In this document: positions 1 through 12,045 of the stretch, in pieces
Layout of the letters: every line of letters starts with the position of its first letter
Position numbering within the stretch: position 1 is the first letter of the stretch
Assembly: GCF_004010195.1 (NCBI RefSeq)
Contig: NC_057719.1
Coordinates: 22,824,193 to 22,875,180, forward strand
DNA length: 50,988 bases
Direction: 5' to 3'
Source: Chiloscyllium plagiosum
Taxonomy: Eukaryota
Program-made: the position numbers and the translations under genes
Notes under the pieces: generated by a model
The model's input: only the letters and a program-made list of their open reading frames with translations
Database searches by the model: none
Told to the model about the DNA's origin: nothing

Positions 1-599
1 GTGCTGACACTAGACCATGCCTGGTCTGTGGTTGCCACTTGGGTCAGTACAGCCTCAGCTATCTGGAGGAGTCCCCAGCACTATAGGGAGATGGTCAACA
101 TCCTTCTCCATGCCTTCACCAGGGTAACTTGACTGAAGCCTGCTGACAACCATACTAAGCTTGCTCTCTTTTGTATGTGGTAAACTGCAAGGGAAGACAC
201 CAGTAATATCAGCCAAGTATCTTCCGACTGAGATCAAAAATCAGAAAGAGACAAAGCAAGGCAATAAGAGGCAAGGATACTGTGAACATCTAGGTTGACT
301 GAGTGAGTAGAACCTGGAGATGCAGCCTGGCCTAGTCCATAAACTGGTTCATGTCGCTGAGCACAAAGTTCCTTTGCAACAGCATTACAATGCAAGTTAG
401 CTGTGCAGCACTGAAGTGCAGAAATGTCTTGTAAGTGGATGAGAAATGTGCCATGAGTGTTCATAGAGGTTGGAATTAATTTAATGTCGATGTCCATGGT
501 TGTGCAGTGCAGTGCATGTGGTTGGTGGTCACGGAGTGTGGCCTAAGATGTTGCTGCCTGAATACCAACTTGAATATCATTAGGAGCAAGCTGCAAGCT

Positions 600-1945
600 G
601 AATCTGCCACTGGAAAGGAAATAAATAACTTCCCAACAATAGCTGTAAATCAGGAATTGAAAGGGAGAAAGGAACTCAAAAAATTACAGCTACCAAGGAA
701 GTAGAACTGAGTAAATTGTTGGAATTGTGAGTTGACAAATCCCCAATTCCTGACATAGTGTCTTAAAAGAAGCAGCCAGTGAAATAGTTGATTCATTAGT
801 TTTAATTTTCCAAAAACTCATGAGATTCAGTGAAGGCACCTTTAAAGTGGAAAATAGCCAATGTACTTCCTTAATTCAAAAAGGGAGGGAGGCAGAAAAC
901 AAGAAGCCTCAAGCCAGTTATTGTATCTGTCATAGGGAAAATGTCAGCGGTTAGTATTAAACACATTATAACAGAGTACTTGGCTATGTTCCAAGCAATC
1001 AGGCAGAGTGAACATAGTTTTGTCAAAGGGGAATCATATTTAACTAATTAATTGGAGTTCTTTGAAAATGTAACATGTAGATAAAGGAGAACCAGCAAGT
1101 ATTTTGTATTTGGATTCTCAGAAGGCATTTGATAAGATGCCATATCAAATGTTTTTGCAGAAAATAAAAGCTCATGATATCAGGGGACCATATTGACATG
1201 ATAGAAGATTAGCTTGCTAACAGGAAGCAAAGAGTTGGAATACGGAGGAATCTCGATTATTCAGCATTTATTGACCGGAATTCAATTAACCAAATGAAAT
1301 ACTCCCCACCCATGTCCTTTGGATAATCGAGGTTCCTGTGTATGTGGGTCTTTTTCAGGCTGGCCAATGTTATAAGCAGTGAGGTACAGGAGTTAGTGCT
1401 GGGGTCTCAACTCTTTACAATTACACAAATAATTTAGATGAAGGAATCAAATGTAAATTTTCTGATGACAAAGTTAGATAGGAAGGTAAATTATGAAGAG
1501 AACATAAGGAGCATAAAAAGGGATATAGCTGGCTTAACTGTGTGGGCAAAGATCTGGAAAATTCCACAATGCAGAAAAGTGTGAAATAGTCTATTTTGGA
1601 AGAAAGAATATAAAAGAAGAAAATTATCTAAATGGAGAGAATTTACAGAGCTCTGAGATTCAGAGAAAACTAGCTGTCCTAGAATGGCAGAAAGTTGGTA
1701 TGCAGGTACAGCAAGTAATCAGGAAAGTTAATGGAGTATTAAGCTATATTGTGGGGGAAATTGAATGCAAGATTTGGGAGGTTTTGGTTCAGTTAAACAG
1801 AGCATTGGAGACACCACATCTGAAGTAATGTGTACAGTCCAGGTCACCATACATATGGAAAGAGGTTAATGCATTGGGAGCCGTTCAAGGAAGGTTACCG
1901 CCTGGAATGTATAAATTGCTTTATGAGAAAAGGCTGGACAGATGT
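600..1945 (+). mobile_element. Degraded CR1 LINE ORF2 (RT) fragment, interrupted by a MITE
   Basis: Decayed motifs: VDKSP (~731), WKIANV.PL.KKG (~848), KAFDKMP (~1121), then C-terminal RT-like sequence; many stops; boundaries approximate. Confidence 0.85.
1243..1340. mobile_element. 98-bp pogo/Tigger-like MITE
   Basis: TIRs CGGAGGAATCTCGATTAT / ATAATCGAGGTTCCTGTG; TA on both sides (1241-42, 1341-42); removal restores contiguous CR1 sequence. Confidence 0.85.
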
Positions 1946-2356
1946 TCAATGAAACATTGTTTACTTCAAAACTTTCGTGGGTAAAGATTTCACTCATTGA
2001 AGGAAACAATTTGCTCCCATTTCACATTGTGTCTCTCTGAACACAAGAAAGATTAGGCAGAATTCCAAATGTGACTTTAAGACATATTAGACTCCATTTC
2101 CACCATCACAAACGCTTCACAGGAAAGTATGTAATATTCCACATACTGAAAATTACTTCATCACTTCAAGGTGATGTCAGTGAAAACATTGTGATTATCA
2201 GCAACCAGGAAATGACATGATTAAAAAAAACGTCCAAATTCTGTGCATGGTTCTTTCATTGCAAATACATAACCAATCTTCCCTTTGTTAATGTGACAAC
2301 AACATGGAATTAACACATTTGTTTGTTTGCAAGTGGTGCCTATAATTAAAATGTCA

Positions 2357-2719
2357 GCGGTGGCTCAGTGGTAGTATTCTCACCTCTCTACGTTATCTCA
2401 AACATATAATACTGAGAATCACTGAGGGATTGCTGCACTCTTGGAGGTGGAGTTCTTCAAGTGAGACATTAAGCCAAAGCTCCAATTGGATCTTGGAAAA
2501 GGTTGAATTTAGAGAAGGACACAGATGGTTTCTTTATTATCCTGACCAATATTTATCCATCAACCTGTATAATTAACAACATGATTCTGATATTATCATA
2601 CTGCTGTTTGTGGTGCCTTGCTGCTCAATTTCCAACAATACAGTCATGATAACTTGAGAAAATATTTTGAGATGTTGTAAGCTGTGAAAAGTGCTATGTG
2701 AATGCAAATTTCTTCTTTA
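2357..2719 (+). mobile_element. Deu-domain tRNA-derived SINE (SacSINE1/AmnSINE-like), degraded
   Basis: Box A GTGGCTCAGTGGTAG; Deu-like core (CCTGACCAATATTTATCC...CTGCTGTTTGTGG); tail GTGAAAAGTGCTATGTGAATGCAAAT. Confidence 0.7.
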
Positions 2720-2777
2720 TCAAGCATTTATTCAATAGTTAAAGTTTCGACAATTTTCCATGACTTACTCACCCAAT

Positions 2778-2990
2778 GGGGATTGGTTAGCTCAATTGGC
2801 TGGATAACCACTTTACAATGCAGAGTGATGCCAGCAGTTCCTACACAGGCTGAGGTTACCATGAAGGACCCTTCTTCACAATCTTCCCCTCACTTAAGAT
2901 ATGGTGACCCTCAGGTTAAACAACTACCAGTTCTCTCTCTCTCTCTCTAATGAGAGAGAAGTCCTCTGGGAATATGGCAACTTTACCTTT
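2778..2990 (+). mobile_element. tRNA-derived SINE with (CT)n tract
   Basis: Box A TAGCTCAATTGG; body GCTGAGGTTACCATGAAGG...GGTGACCCTCAGGTTAAA; homologous copy at ~41435-41600. Confidence 0.65.
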
Positions 2991-4529
2991 TATTACCTAC
3001 TCACCATCACTCAGTGCAAGACCTCTTGGTATGTATAGTTGTACAGTATGTTGCCCTAGATTGTGATGAAATATAATCAAGTAGGCTGGGTAATGCATGG
3101 TTGCAGGAAACGATTCCTACGCCTGAAGATGAATTTCTGAGAAATGTCAGATATTAGACAAAGGACTTTATCTATTAAAATATCTAAAATAATTACGTCT
3201 TAGAAAAATTCCAGTGAGGAGGAAAGGAAGAGGAGGGAAACTAATTGTGGCTGGCAGTAAATAGCAGGAGACTTTAACACTAAGGATTAAAAGGTATAAT
3301 TTCAAGGGTTTTTATGACATTAGAGTAAATTCACCAAGTGAAACTCAGGCAATGGGCTCTATAGTCCCATTAAAACAATGCAAAGGCTGGATTTGATTTT
3401 GTTGTACCCATAATTATCAATTCATTCTGAGCAATATATTTTGCTGAGCATTACTTGCATAAGTAAAGAAAATGAATCTCAATATTTATATTGGTGCTCA
3501 AACTGCTCTCTCTCACTGTGTGGCAATTTGTTTTAATATTTTATGATACAGCCCTACTTCTGATGTTAACAAGTCTCTTTCACAGGATGAGATGTCTAGA
3601 AGAGTCAGCAGGTGATATTGTCACAGTTGGATTTTGACAGTCTCCTTAAGCATTACTGTCGAGCTGATTGAAGGTGAGAAATGGAAAGCAAACAGGGGTC
3701 AGGTTTTAGTTTCCCACAAAAGACTTCCAGCTGACACTGATAACTTTGTGATGGAGACTGTTGTTCGGAGAAAGAGCACTGAGAATCAGTCGGGCAGAGT
3801 TGACACTTGCTGACAGATGGCGGTTTGAGAGTAAGTCTGATTATTTTCATTTCTGTTCATGTGCACAGTCTTGAAGCAGAGCAATGAAAGGTGAGGAAAA
3901 AAATGTTTGAGGGATGTAGATTTCCTGATAAGTGGGTAATTATTTGTTACACACATGTATACATGGGATATAGTAATGACATGGGTTCAAGTTTGAGGTT
4001 CTCCCAAACGTTATTGTATATGGACAGTGAAAAATAGGCTTTTTTATACATCCAATTGAATTACATTTTCTTGATAAATGGATTTTCTACAGCTCTGACA
4101 TGATGTATTATTTTCTTAGTCCAAACGAGCAGACTACATACATCTAGCTTCATTTAGATTTTAATGTTTGTCTGAAAAGTTAATGCGAGCACAAGAACTG
4201 ACAGCAATAACCTAATAGCAATGTAGATCACCCATTCATACATGTCAGAAATCCTGCTATTTGCAAACATCATTTCTGACACTTGCAAAGTACATATTCA
4301 TTTCTTACACTGGAATCAGGTTGCACGGATGCGTGTTTCAAAAAGTGTATAGTAGATTGTGAATTCACTGAAAATTCTGCCTCTGGGCCAGATGAGAGTG
4401 GTTATAGTGTGGGTGGGTAATAATTAGGGGATTAAAAGGCTAATTCAGGCTGACATTTTCCATTCAGTCTACAGGTCTGATGACTAATAAGTGAGATCTC
4501 TGGATTTCAGGCAGTTTCAGAGAACCATC

Positions 4530-4572
4530 CAAAATGCCTGAGCTCAACTGAAGACACTGGCTACTCTGTAAA
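4530..4572 (+). repeat. 43-bp dispersed direct repeat, copy 1 (copy 2 at 5670-5712)
   Basis: CAAAATGCCTG[A/G]GCTCAACTGAAGACACTGGCTACTCTGTAAA, 1 mismatch. Confidence 0.95.
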
Positions 4573-5710
4573 AGGGGGTCCTCTTCCATAATGGTAGCCT
4601 GAAGGCCAATTTGTAATTTCAAATTATGAAAGTTGTACAGAAGCGACCTCAAAATGGAGTTTCCCATCCCACCTCACCCTCTTTTTCTCAGTCAATAGAA
4701 TAGTAGGCTCTTTCTGGGCTAGATGCCCCCCTATTAATTGGCCTTCTACGTTCAAAAGCCTGCTAGACAGTTAGTAATGGTCCAATTCAGGGGAGATCAC
4801 TACCTGGTGCTTGTTTCCATTATGGTGTGAGACGTGTTCTTAATTTGACCCCAATGACTTGGCTGAAGGGCAAACTCTACACCAGTTATATAGCTTTGGA
4901 GAGTATGATGAAGAAACATTGATGGATATGTTTAAAGCCAAACAAACTCAACTCAAACTGATAGTTTTCTTCCTCAATTTCAATAGCTACAAATTTCAAT
5001 TACTCATAACATATTAACAATAGGCTCCATCAGCACTAAGGCCTTGTTTTGAAGGAGGGGTTAGTATTACCAATGAGAGCATATAGGTTATGGGGATATG
5101 GAGGACAAGCTCATACTTTCAGAAAAACAAGTTGCCATTGGGAAACGATAGAAAGACAGTGGAAATTATGAAGGCTTGTCATAAACTGAATGAATTAAAT
5201 GCAGAATATTTATGAAGAGATACCATGAAATCTTACCTTCTCACAAAACGTAATGGCAGAAACATTAGCATCCATCTTCAGACTGAAGTGCCGAGTGGAT
5301 GATCCATCTCGGCCTTGTCCTGAGAACCCCAGTATCACAGATACTAGCCTTCAGTATATCTGATTCACCCTCTGTGCTATCAAGAAATGTCTGAAATCTC
5401 TGAATACTGAAAATTCTGGGGCCCTGACAGCATTACAGCAACAGTACTGAAGACTTATATTTCAGAATTAATTATGCTTCTAACTAACTACAACATTAAC
5501 ATCTACTCAGCAATATGGAAACTGTGCCAGAAATGCCATAAAATGCAGGACAAATTGAATTCAGCCAATTACTGTTCCACCAGATTACTTCCAATCATCA
5601 ACGAAGTGTTGGAAGGGATAATTAACAGTGTGATCAAGTGGCACTTACTCAACAATAACCAGAGTTAAACAAAATGCCTGGGCTCAACTGAAGACACTGG
5701 CTACTCTGTA

Positions 5711-6095
5711 AACAAAAACTACTGAAAACCTAAGCAGGTCTGACAGCATGTGTGAAGAGAAAGCTGAGCTGAAAATGTGTGGCTGGAAAAGCGTAGCAGG
5801 TCAGGCAGCATCCAAGGAACAGGAGAATCGACGTTTCGGGCATAAGCCTGAAGAAGGGCTTATGCCCGAAATGTCGATTCTCCTGTTCCTTGGATGCTGC
5901 CTGACCTGCTGCGCTTTTCCAGCAACACATTTTCAGCTCTGATCTCCAGCATCTGCAGTCCTCACTTTCTCCTCAACGAGAAAACTGAGTCAACATTTTG
6001 GGTCCAGCAACCCTTCAGATGGGACCCGAAACATTGACTCTCCACTGATGCTGCAAGGCCTGCTTCATTTTTTCCAGCAATTTCTGTTTTTTTTT
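5711..6095. mobile_element. Older PLE-terminus fold-back remnant hosting a nested PLE insertion
   Basis: Inverted arms AAACAAAAACTACTGAAA...GCAGGTCTGACAGCAT / ATGCTGCAAGGCCTGCT...CCAGCAATTTCTGTTTT; degenerate GACCCGAAACATTGAC motif. Confidence 0.6.
5769..5977. mobile_element. PLE fold-back insertion with hammerhead core
   Basis: ~82-bp inverted arms (5766-5847 / 5858-5939); TSD GAGAAA[G/A]CTGAG (5757-68, 5978-89); core CTGAAGA-AGGGCTTATGCCC-GAAATGTC at 5848-5875. Confidence 0.85.
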
Positions 6096-9000
6096 AAGAT
6101 CACTTTTGGCATCCATGATTTTTTTTTTAGAATCAGTGGGAACCAGGGGGTAACTCTCTGGTTGAAGTCATGTCTCACATAAAGGAAGGCGGAAGTCACT
6201 AACATTGCCAAGAATATTAATACAGAAGTTCCTCAAAGTAGTGTCCTAGGCCCAAATATCTTCATCACTGCTTCATCACTGATCTTCCCTACATCATAAA
6301 TGTAGCTGTGAGGATGTTCATTGATGATTACTAAATTTACAACACAATTTATGACTCCTCAGATAATTAGATAGCCTAATCTAAATCTAGCAAGACCTAA
6401 TAACATTCAAGTTTGGTGTGATAACTGGCATTTAATATTCAAATAATACAAGTTCCAATAAATAATTTAACCACCACCTCTAGGTGTTCAATGCTCTACC
6501 ATTTCTAATCACTGTCAACATCTTCAGGGATATTGACCAGAAACTAAACTGGACCAACTATATAAATAGTGTGGTTCTTAGAGCATGTCAGAGGTTGGCG
6601 ATTCTGCGCTGAGTAACACACTGCCAGTCGCCCCAGTGCCTGCCTACCATCTGTAAATCAGGAGTGTGATAAATTATTTTCCACTTGCCTGGATAAGTGC
6701 AGCTCCAACACCTTAAGAAGATTCACCTCCTCCAGACAAGGCAGCCCACTTAATTGGCACTATGTCCACTATATTCAACATTCACACATTGCACCACTGA
6801 TGCACAGTGGTAGCAGTTTACACCGTGTACAAGTTGCACTGCTGTAACTTACCAAGCCTCCTTGGACAGCACCTCCCAAGCTCTGCCACCGAGAAGGACA
6901 ACTAATGAGAACACTACCACCACCTGCAATTTCCCTTTCCAGCCACTCACCATTCTTTTAACATCATTGGGTTAAAATCCTGGTACTCACTCTCTAACAC
7001 CACTGTGCATGCACTTATAACCGAAGGACTGCAATTCAAGAAGGCAGTTCCCCATGACCTGTCCAAAGGCAATTAAGGAGGGGAATAAATGTTAACCCTG
7101 CCAGCAGTGCTTATCTCTTATGAAAAGCTTTTTAAAAGACTGAAATAAGTTCTTGAAAACTCCTGTCTTCAACAAAGTTTGATTTTGCCATTTAAATACA
7201 CTTCATAGGATAATTCAGGTTCAATAATCTTCACATTAGTTATTCGTTCCCTCACTTATTTTCAAAATCTGTTGGTGTGAATTGAAATAAGTGCCTCTGC
7301 TCTTCAACCCAAGTGTGCTTTACACCTTCAGCTCATGGCTATATCAATTTAGTCTTGCAATTTAGTCCTACTGTCTTTAGTCCCTCATCTAGTCAGATAT
7401 TTAGTTGAAAATCTTGTTTCTTTCTCCAATGTGACATGTTCCACATCAGTTCAGCTTCGACATATGTTACCTTGGCAGTTTGGAATAATGTTGGTTTTGC
7501 ATTTTTAGGTTGGCAGGTGCTTCCTCAGCTTATGCCATTTTATTTTAAAAATAAAACTCTCACACAAATAAAAACTTGATCAGATTATAATTCACTGTGA
7601 AGCAAGTCAGGCTCTGGTAATTGGTACTAAAGGGCATATTTGATTCAGTGGATGATTATGTTTTATTTCCTTAATCTCACCAGAGCTCCATTTGTGGAAG
7701 CTTCTGGAAAATAAAATATTATAGCTTGGAAATAGAAAAATGAACTAATTGAACATTTTTATTAAGCTTCTTTTCTTCTCTATTTTAATATAAGCAACAA
7801 CTGTTGTACAATATAAATGGTTTAACATTGCCGTTGAAACTATGATCAAATAATGGGGGAGGTCATGGACATGACATAATTGGGAACTCTCACAATGGAG
7901 TATGGTTTGATGACAAGGACGTTTTAAGGCCTGGACTCTTTTTTTAATCAAAAGAAGATATTCTACCAGCTGAAACTGGAAAGATGGAGAAAACATTGGA
8001 CCAGAATCCCGAGGACACTCATAACTAAAGAATCCATCTTGGATATGAAGTTAGCCACTTGACTGAGAGGAGTAGAACCTGTTGAGCTTAGCAATGGCAG
8101 GGAGAGCCACAGCAATAGGTTTGTGAGGCTCAAAAGCCATTGACAGGGGCAGAACAAGCGAATCTGTTCCTTTTGGCATTCACAGGCTCCACACACAGTC
8201 CTTACCATGACCAGGCTTTTACTGGCTGTTTCAGTATTGTGGAGTGAGGAGATCTCCCTGTCAGGTCCTGTTTGTGGCACCAATGACATCTTAAGCTTGT
8301 GACTTACTAATATCCTCAAGCCCTGGGGGCACACAGGTTCCTCATGCTGTTTTCGGGTAAGTGATGAGGATTAGAGACTGGGCCAGGGCATTCAGGAGTG
8401 CATTCAAATGGGGCATAATTCAAATACAAAATCTACAGGGAATCTCACATGTTGTTGGTCACCAGGGAGAATTCACATTACACAGGCATTTTGACATTGC
8501 TTCTTTCTGATGTATATTTTATTGAAAAGCCATTACAACGGTCCCACCTCCACCCATTTCATTCTCTGAGATATCTGTCACACACAAACGGGATTGAGAG
8601 CGAGGTTTAAGTCTTAATATCCTTTATTTTTCATTCAAAATCCTGGAAACCAGTGTGCACAAGCATCAGCTCCAGAAGTAATAATGTTTTCCAGATCAAA
8701 TTATTTGTGCAATTCTTCCTCGATTGAGGGCTTGGGCAAATGTAGTGTGCAGTAAATTGCTTAAAGGATTGATGACAATTAAATGAACTTTTATAAATAG
8801 AGAGTATTCTACACATTCTGGAAGTTTTACAAAAGATCCAAAAGAGAGCTCCAACCCTTTCGGAGCCTTTGCTGAGCTGAAGATGTTACTGTCAAAAAAC
8901 AAGAGAAAGGTATCCCCATTATGTAGGTGAGAGTGCAGCTGGCTGATGTTATCACTGGCTGTGCCAAGACCATGGATGAGGTTTACAGTAGGTGCCCTCT

Positions 9001-9429
9001 GCAGCAGATGACATGGTTCTGTATCTGTGTCTTGACTATCCCAGTTTCTAAGTGGACACAACAACAATGCCCAGCAAGAGCTGATGACGAAACGTTTACA
9101 AGACACATAGCAAGATATGAGCTCTGAAAATATCCTATCATTCCTGCTAAATCTCCATTGTCATGTTCATATTCTACTCCATTCAAACTATTCCAAGAGG
9201 AAATATCACACTAATATCTTCCTGATCATATGAAAAATATTTATGCATGCATTATTTTAAGAAAGGGATAAATATAACTGCCAGCTGAACTTGGAAATTG
9301 ATTCAATCTCAATTATATTTTTCATAAACATTAAGTATTGCATTTACCTTTTTAAATAAATCTGATTTTTTAACCATATGGTCTAATATTGATGTAATTT
9401 CAGAATGGATAGGAGATAACTATGTATAT

Positions 9430-10426
9430 AGAATCCCTACAGTATAGAAAGAGGCCATTTGGTACATTGACTGTGTAAAGACTATCCCACCCAGACCCCC
9501 ATTCTATTTACCATGGTTCACCCACCTTGCTTACACATTCCTGGACACTACAGAAAGTCCAGGTTCTAGATTAGAGTGGTGCTGGAAAAGCACAGCAGTT
9601 CAGGCAGCATCTGAGGAGCAGGAAAATGGATGTTTCAGGCAAAAGCCCTTCATCAGGAATGGCCTGCAGGGTGGAGAGATAACTGAGAGGAGGGTGGTGT
9701 TGGGAAGAAAGTAGCATAGAGTCCAATAGGTGAATGGGGGTAGGGATGGAGTTGATAGGTCAGGGAGGAGGGTGGGGGAAGGTAACAAAGAGTACAATGG
9801 GTGAGTGGGAGTGGGGAGGAAGGTGATAGGTCAGAAAGGAGGGTGGAGTTGTTAGGTGGAAAGGAAGATAAGCAGGTAGGACAAGTCATGGGGACAATGC
9901 TGAGCTGGAAGTTTGGAGCTGGGGTGAGGGGAAATGAGGAAACTGGTGAAGTCCACATTGATGCCCTGGGGCACTCCACCTCCTCTCTGACCTATCACCT
10001 CCATCCCCACCCCCATTCACCTATTGTACTCTATGCTACTTTCTCCCCAACCCCACCCTCCTCTCATTTATCTCTCCACCCTGCAGGCACTCTGTCTCTA
10101 TTCCTGATGAAGGGCTTTTGCCCGAAACATCGATTTTCCTGCTCCTCGGATGCTGCCTGAACTGCTGTGCTTTTCCAGCACCACTCTAACCTAGAATCTG
10201 GTTTCCAGCATCTGCAGCCCTTGTTTTTACCTAACTACAGAAAGTCCAATCTACCAAACCTACACATCTTTGGACTGTGGGAAGAAACTGAAGCACCTGT
10301 TAGAAACCCACGCAGACACAGGGACAACATGCAAACTCCACACAGACAAAGACCCAAGGCTGGAAATGAACCTGAGTCCTTAGTGCTATGAGTTAGCAGA
10401 GCTAACCATTGAGCCAGTGTGCTGCT
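9430..10426 (-). mobile_element. HE1-type tRNA-derived SINE, split by a PLE insertion
   Basis: Reverse-complement head (GCTAACCATTGAGCCA), body (ACATCTTTGGACTGTGGG, CATGCAAACTCCACACAGAC) and tail (AGAATCCCTACAG). Confidence 0.85.
9562..10233. mobile_element. PLE 3' ends in inverted arrangement, with two hammerhead cores
   Basis: 15-bp TSD ACTACAGAAAGTCCA (9547-61, 10234-48); minus arm encodes PQGINVDFTSFLIS (~9930-9970), resembling the PLE GIY-YIG C-terminus; cores at 10104-10131 (+) and ~9628-9656 (-). Confidence 0.88.
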
Positions 10427-10808
10427 CCCTCTATACTCATATTCTACATCATCCTTGATGTGTCAAACTGAATTTAAGGAGCTATTGTTCCTCACATGGC
10501 ACTCATTTCAGTTGCCAGCAGCAGGAAGAGCGGGAGCTTGGATCAGGAGCCTTTGTTGGGAAATGTGAGTCACTGGTTTAAAACTTTAAAAGCTTACCTC
10601 GAGCGTTGGCAGCTGTGCCTTGGAGAACAGAGGTTTCTGGGAAAGGAAGGACTTTTTTTTCACCTCAGCTATATAAGTGAGTGTTTTCTCAACTCGAGAC
10701 CCTACCCTGTAGGGTCCTCCACCCATCCAACTCCTCTAACCTTAAACACCAGGGACACATCAGAAAAGCTTCTATTTTTTCTACATTCTGATAAAGGAAC
10801 TAGCAGGG

Positions 10809-11177
10809 ATGGCAGCACAGGAAGAGGAATGTTCCTCCTGTATATTGGTTGAGGTGAGGGGTGCCATTAGTGTCCCATCAAAGTACATCTGCAGGAAGTG
10901 CACCCAACTCTTGCTCCTCCAAGACCGCACTGGGGAACTGCAGCGGGAACTAGATGAACTTCGGATCATTCGGAAGGCAGAGGCTGTAATAGAGAAGAGT
11001 TACAGGGAAGCAGTTACTCCTCAGTATGAAGAAAGCTGGGTAACTGTTAGAGGGGGGATAAAACAATCAGTGCAGGGATCACCTGTGGTTGTTCCCCTGA
11101 AAAACAAGTATACCGTTTTGGATATTGTTGGGGGGGAGCAACTTACCAGAGGCATGCAGCAGGGTGCAGGTTTCTGA
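10809..11177 (+). pseudogene. CR1 ORF1 N-terminal remnant (Cys motif + coiled coil)
   Basis: CSSC..x..CRKC, coiled coil ELQRELDELRIIRKAE, VPLKNKYTVL motif typical of CR1 ORF1. Confidence 0.8.
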
Positions 11178-11615
11178 CACAGAGTCTGTCCCTGTTGCAC
11201 AGAAGGGAAGGAGATGGTATGGCCTGAGGTTAAAAACAGGACAGGAGAAGTCACACTGCTGGGAGTTGTCTATAGGCCTCCGCAAAGTTCCAGGGATGTG
11301 AAGGAGTGGATTGGCACATTGGTTCTGGGCAGGAGTGAAAGCAACAGGGTGGTCATTATGGGGGACTTCTTAACCTCCCCAACATTGACTGGGAATGCTA
11401 ATACACAAGTACATTGGATGGATCAGTTTTTGCCCAATGTGTGCAGGAGGGTTTCCTGACACAGTATATTGAAGGGTTGACAAGAGAGAAACCACACTGG
11501 ATCTGGTATTCAGTCATGAGCCAGGCCAGGTGTTTAGTAGTTGGTGAGCATTTTGGAGAGAGTGACTACAATTTGGTTACGTTTAGTTTAGCGATAGACA
11601 GGGATAGATACGTGC

Positions 11616-12032
11616 TGAAAATGTGTTGCTGGAAAAGCGCAGCAGGTCAGGCAGCATCCAGAGAACAGGAGAATCGACATTTCGGGCATAAGCCCTTCTT
11701 CAGGAATGAGGAAAGTGTCAGAGGGAGGAAGAGAGCTTCTTCAAGGAAGGCATCCTTGTTGCTTTTCCAGCAACACATTTTCAGCTCTGATCTCAAGCAT
11801 CTGCAGACCTCACTTTCTCCTCAAAGATTTTAACCTACTGCGAATCCTCTTACAAGGATGCCTTCCTTGAAGAAGCTCTCTTCCTCCCTCTGACACTTTC
11901 CTCATTCCTGAAGAAGGGCTTATGTCCGAAACGTCGATTCTCCTGTTCCCTGCATGCTGCCTGACCTGCTGCGCTTTTCCAGCAACACATTTTCAGCTCT
12001 GATCTCCGCATCTGCAGACCTCACTTTCTCCT
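11616..12032. mobile_element. Non-autonomous mini-PLE: inverted arm + partial tandem ~210-bp hammerhead unit
   Basis: 17-bp TSD CAGGGATAG[A/G]TACGTGC (11599-11615, 12033-12049); direct repeat 11761-11822 / 11971-12033; core CTGAAGA...GAAACGTC at 11908-11935. Confidence 0.88.
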
Positions 12033-12045
12033 CAGGGATAGGTAC

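Larger units (their letters stand above)
5250..7125 (+). mobile_element. Degraded CR1/L2-group LINE 3' portion, interrupted at ~5663-6130
   Basis: Decayed GPD, ANYxPxxLL, VPQxSVLGP (~6229) motifs; 3' tail GGCAATTAAGGAGGGGAATAAATG resembles the tail of the SINE at 14601-14958. Confidence 0.75.

Noticed and set aside
1..600. Possible Harbinger-type debris
   Set aside because: No diagnostic motif or termini could be identified
3586..3870. Splice-like signals on both strands around ORF 3653-3850
   Set aside because: All frames after the acceptors hit stops quickly; no recognisable protein
5730..5942. Recurrent ORFs such as MCCWKSAAGQAASKEQENR / LGCCLTCCAFPA
   Set aside because: Translations of the non-coding PLE terminal repeat on both strands; not a protein family
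9080..9097. CTGATGACGAAACGTT hammerhead-like string
   Set aside because: No stem II and no PLE context; probably chance
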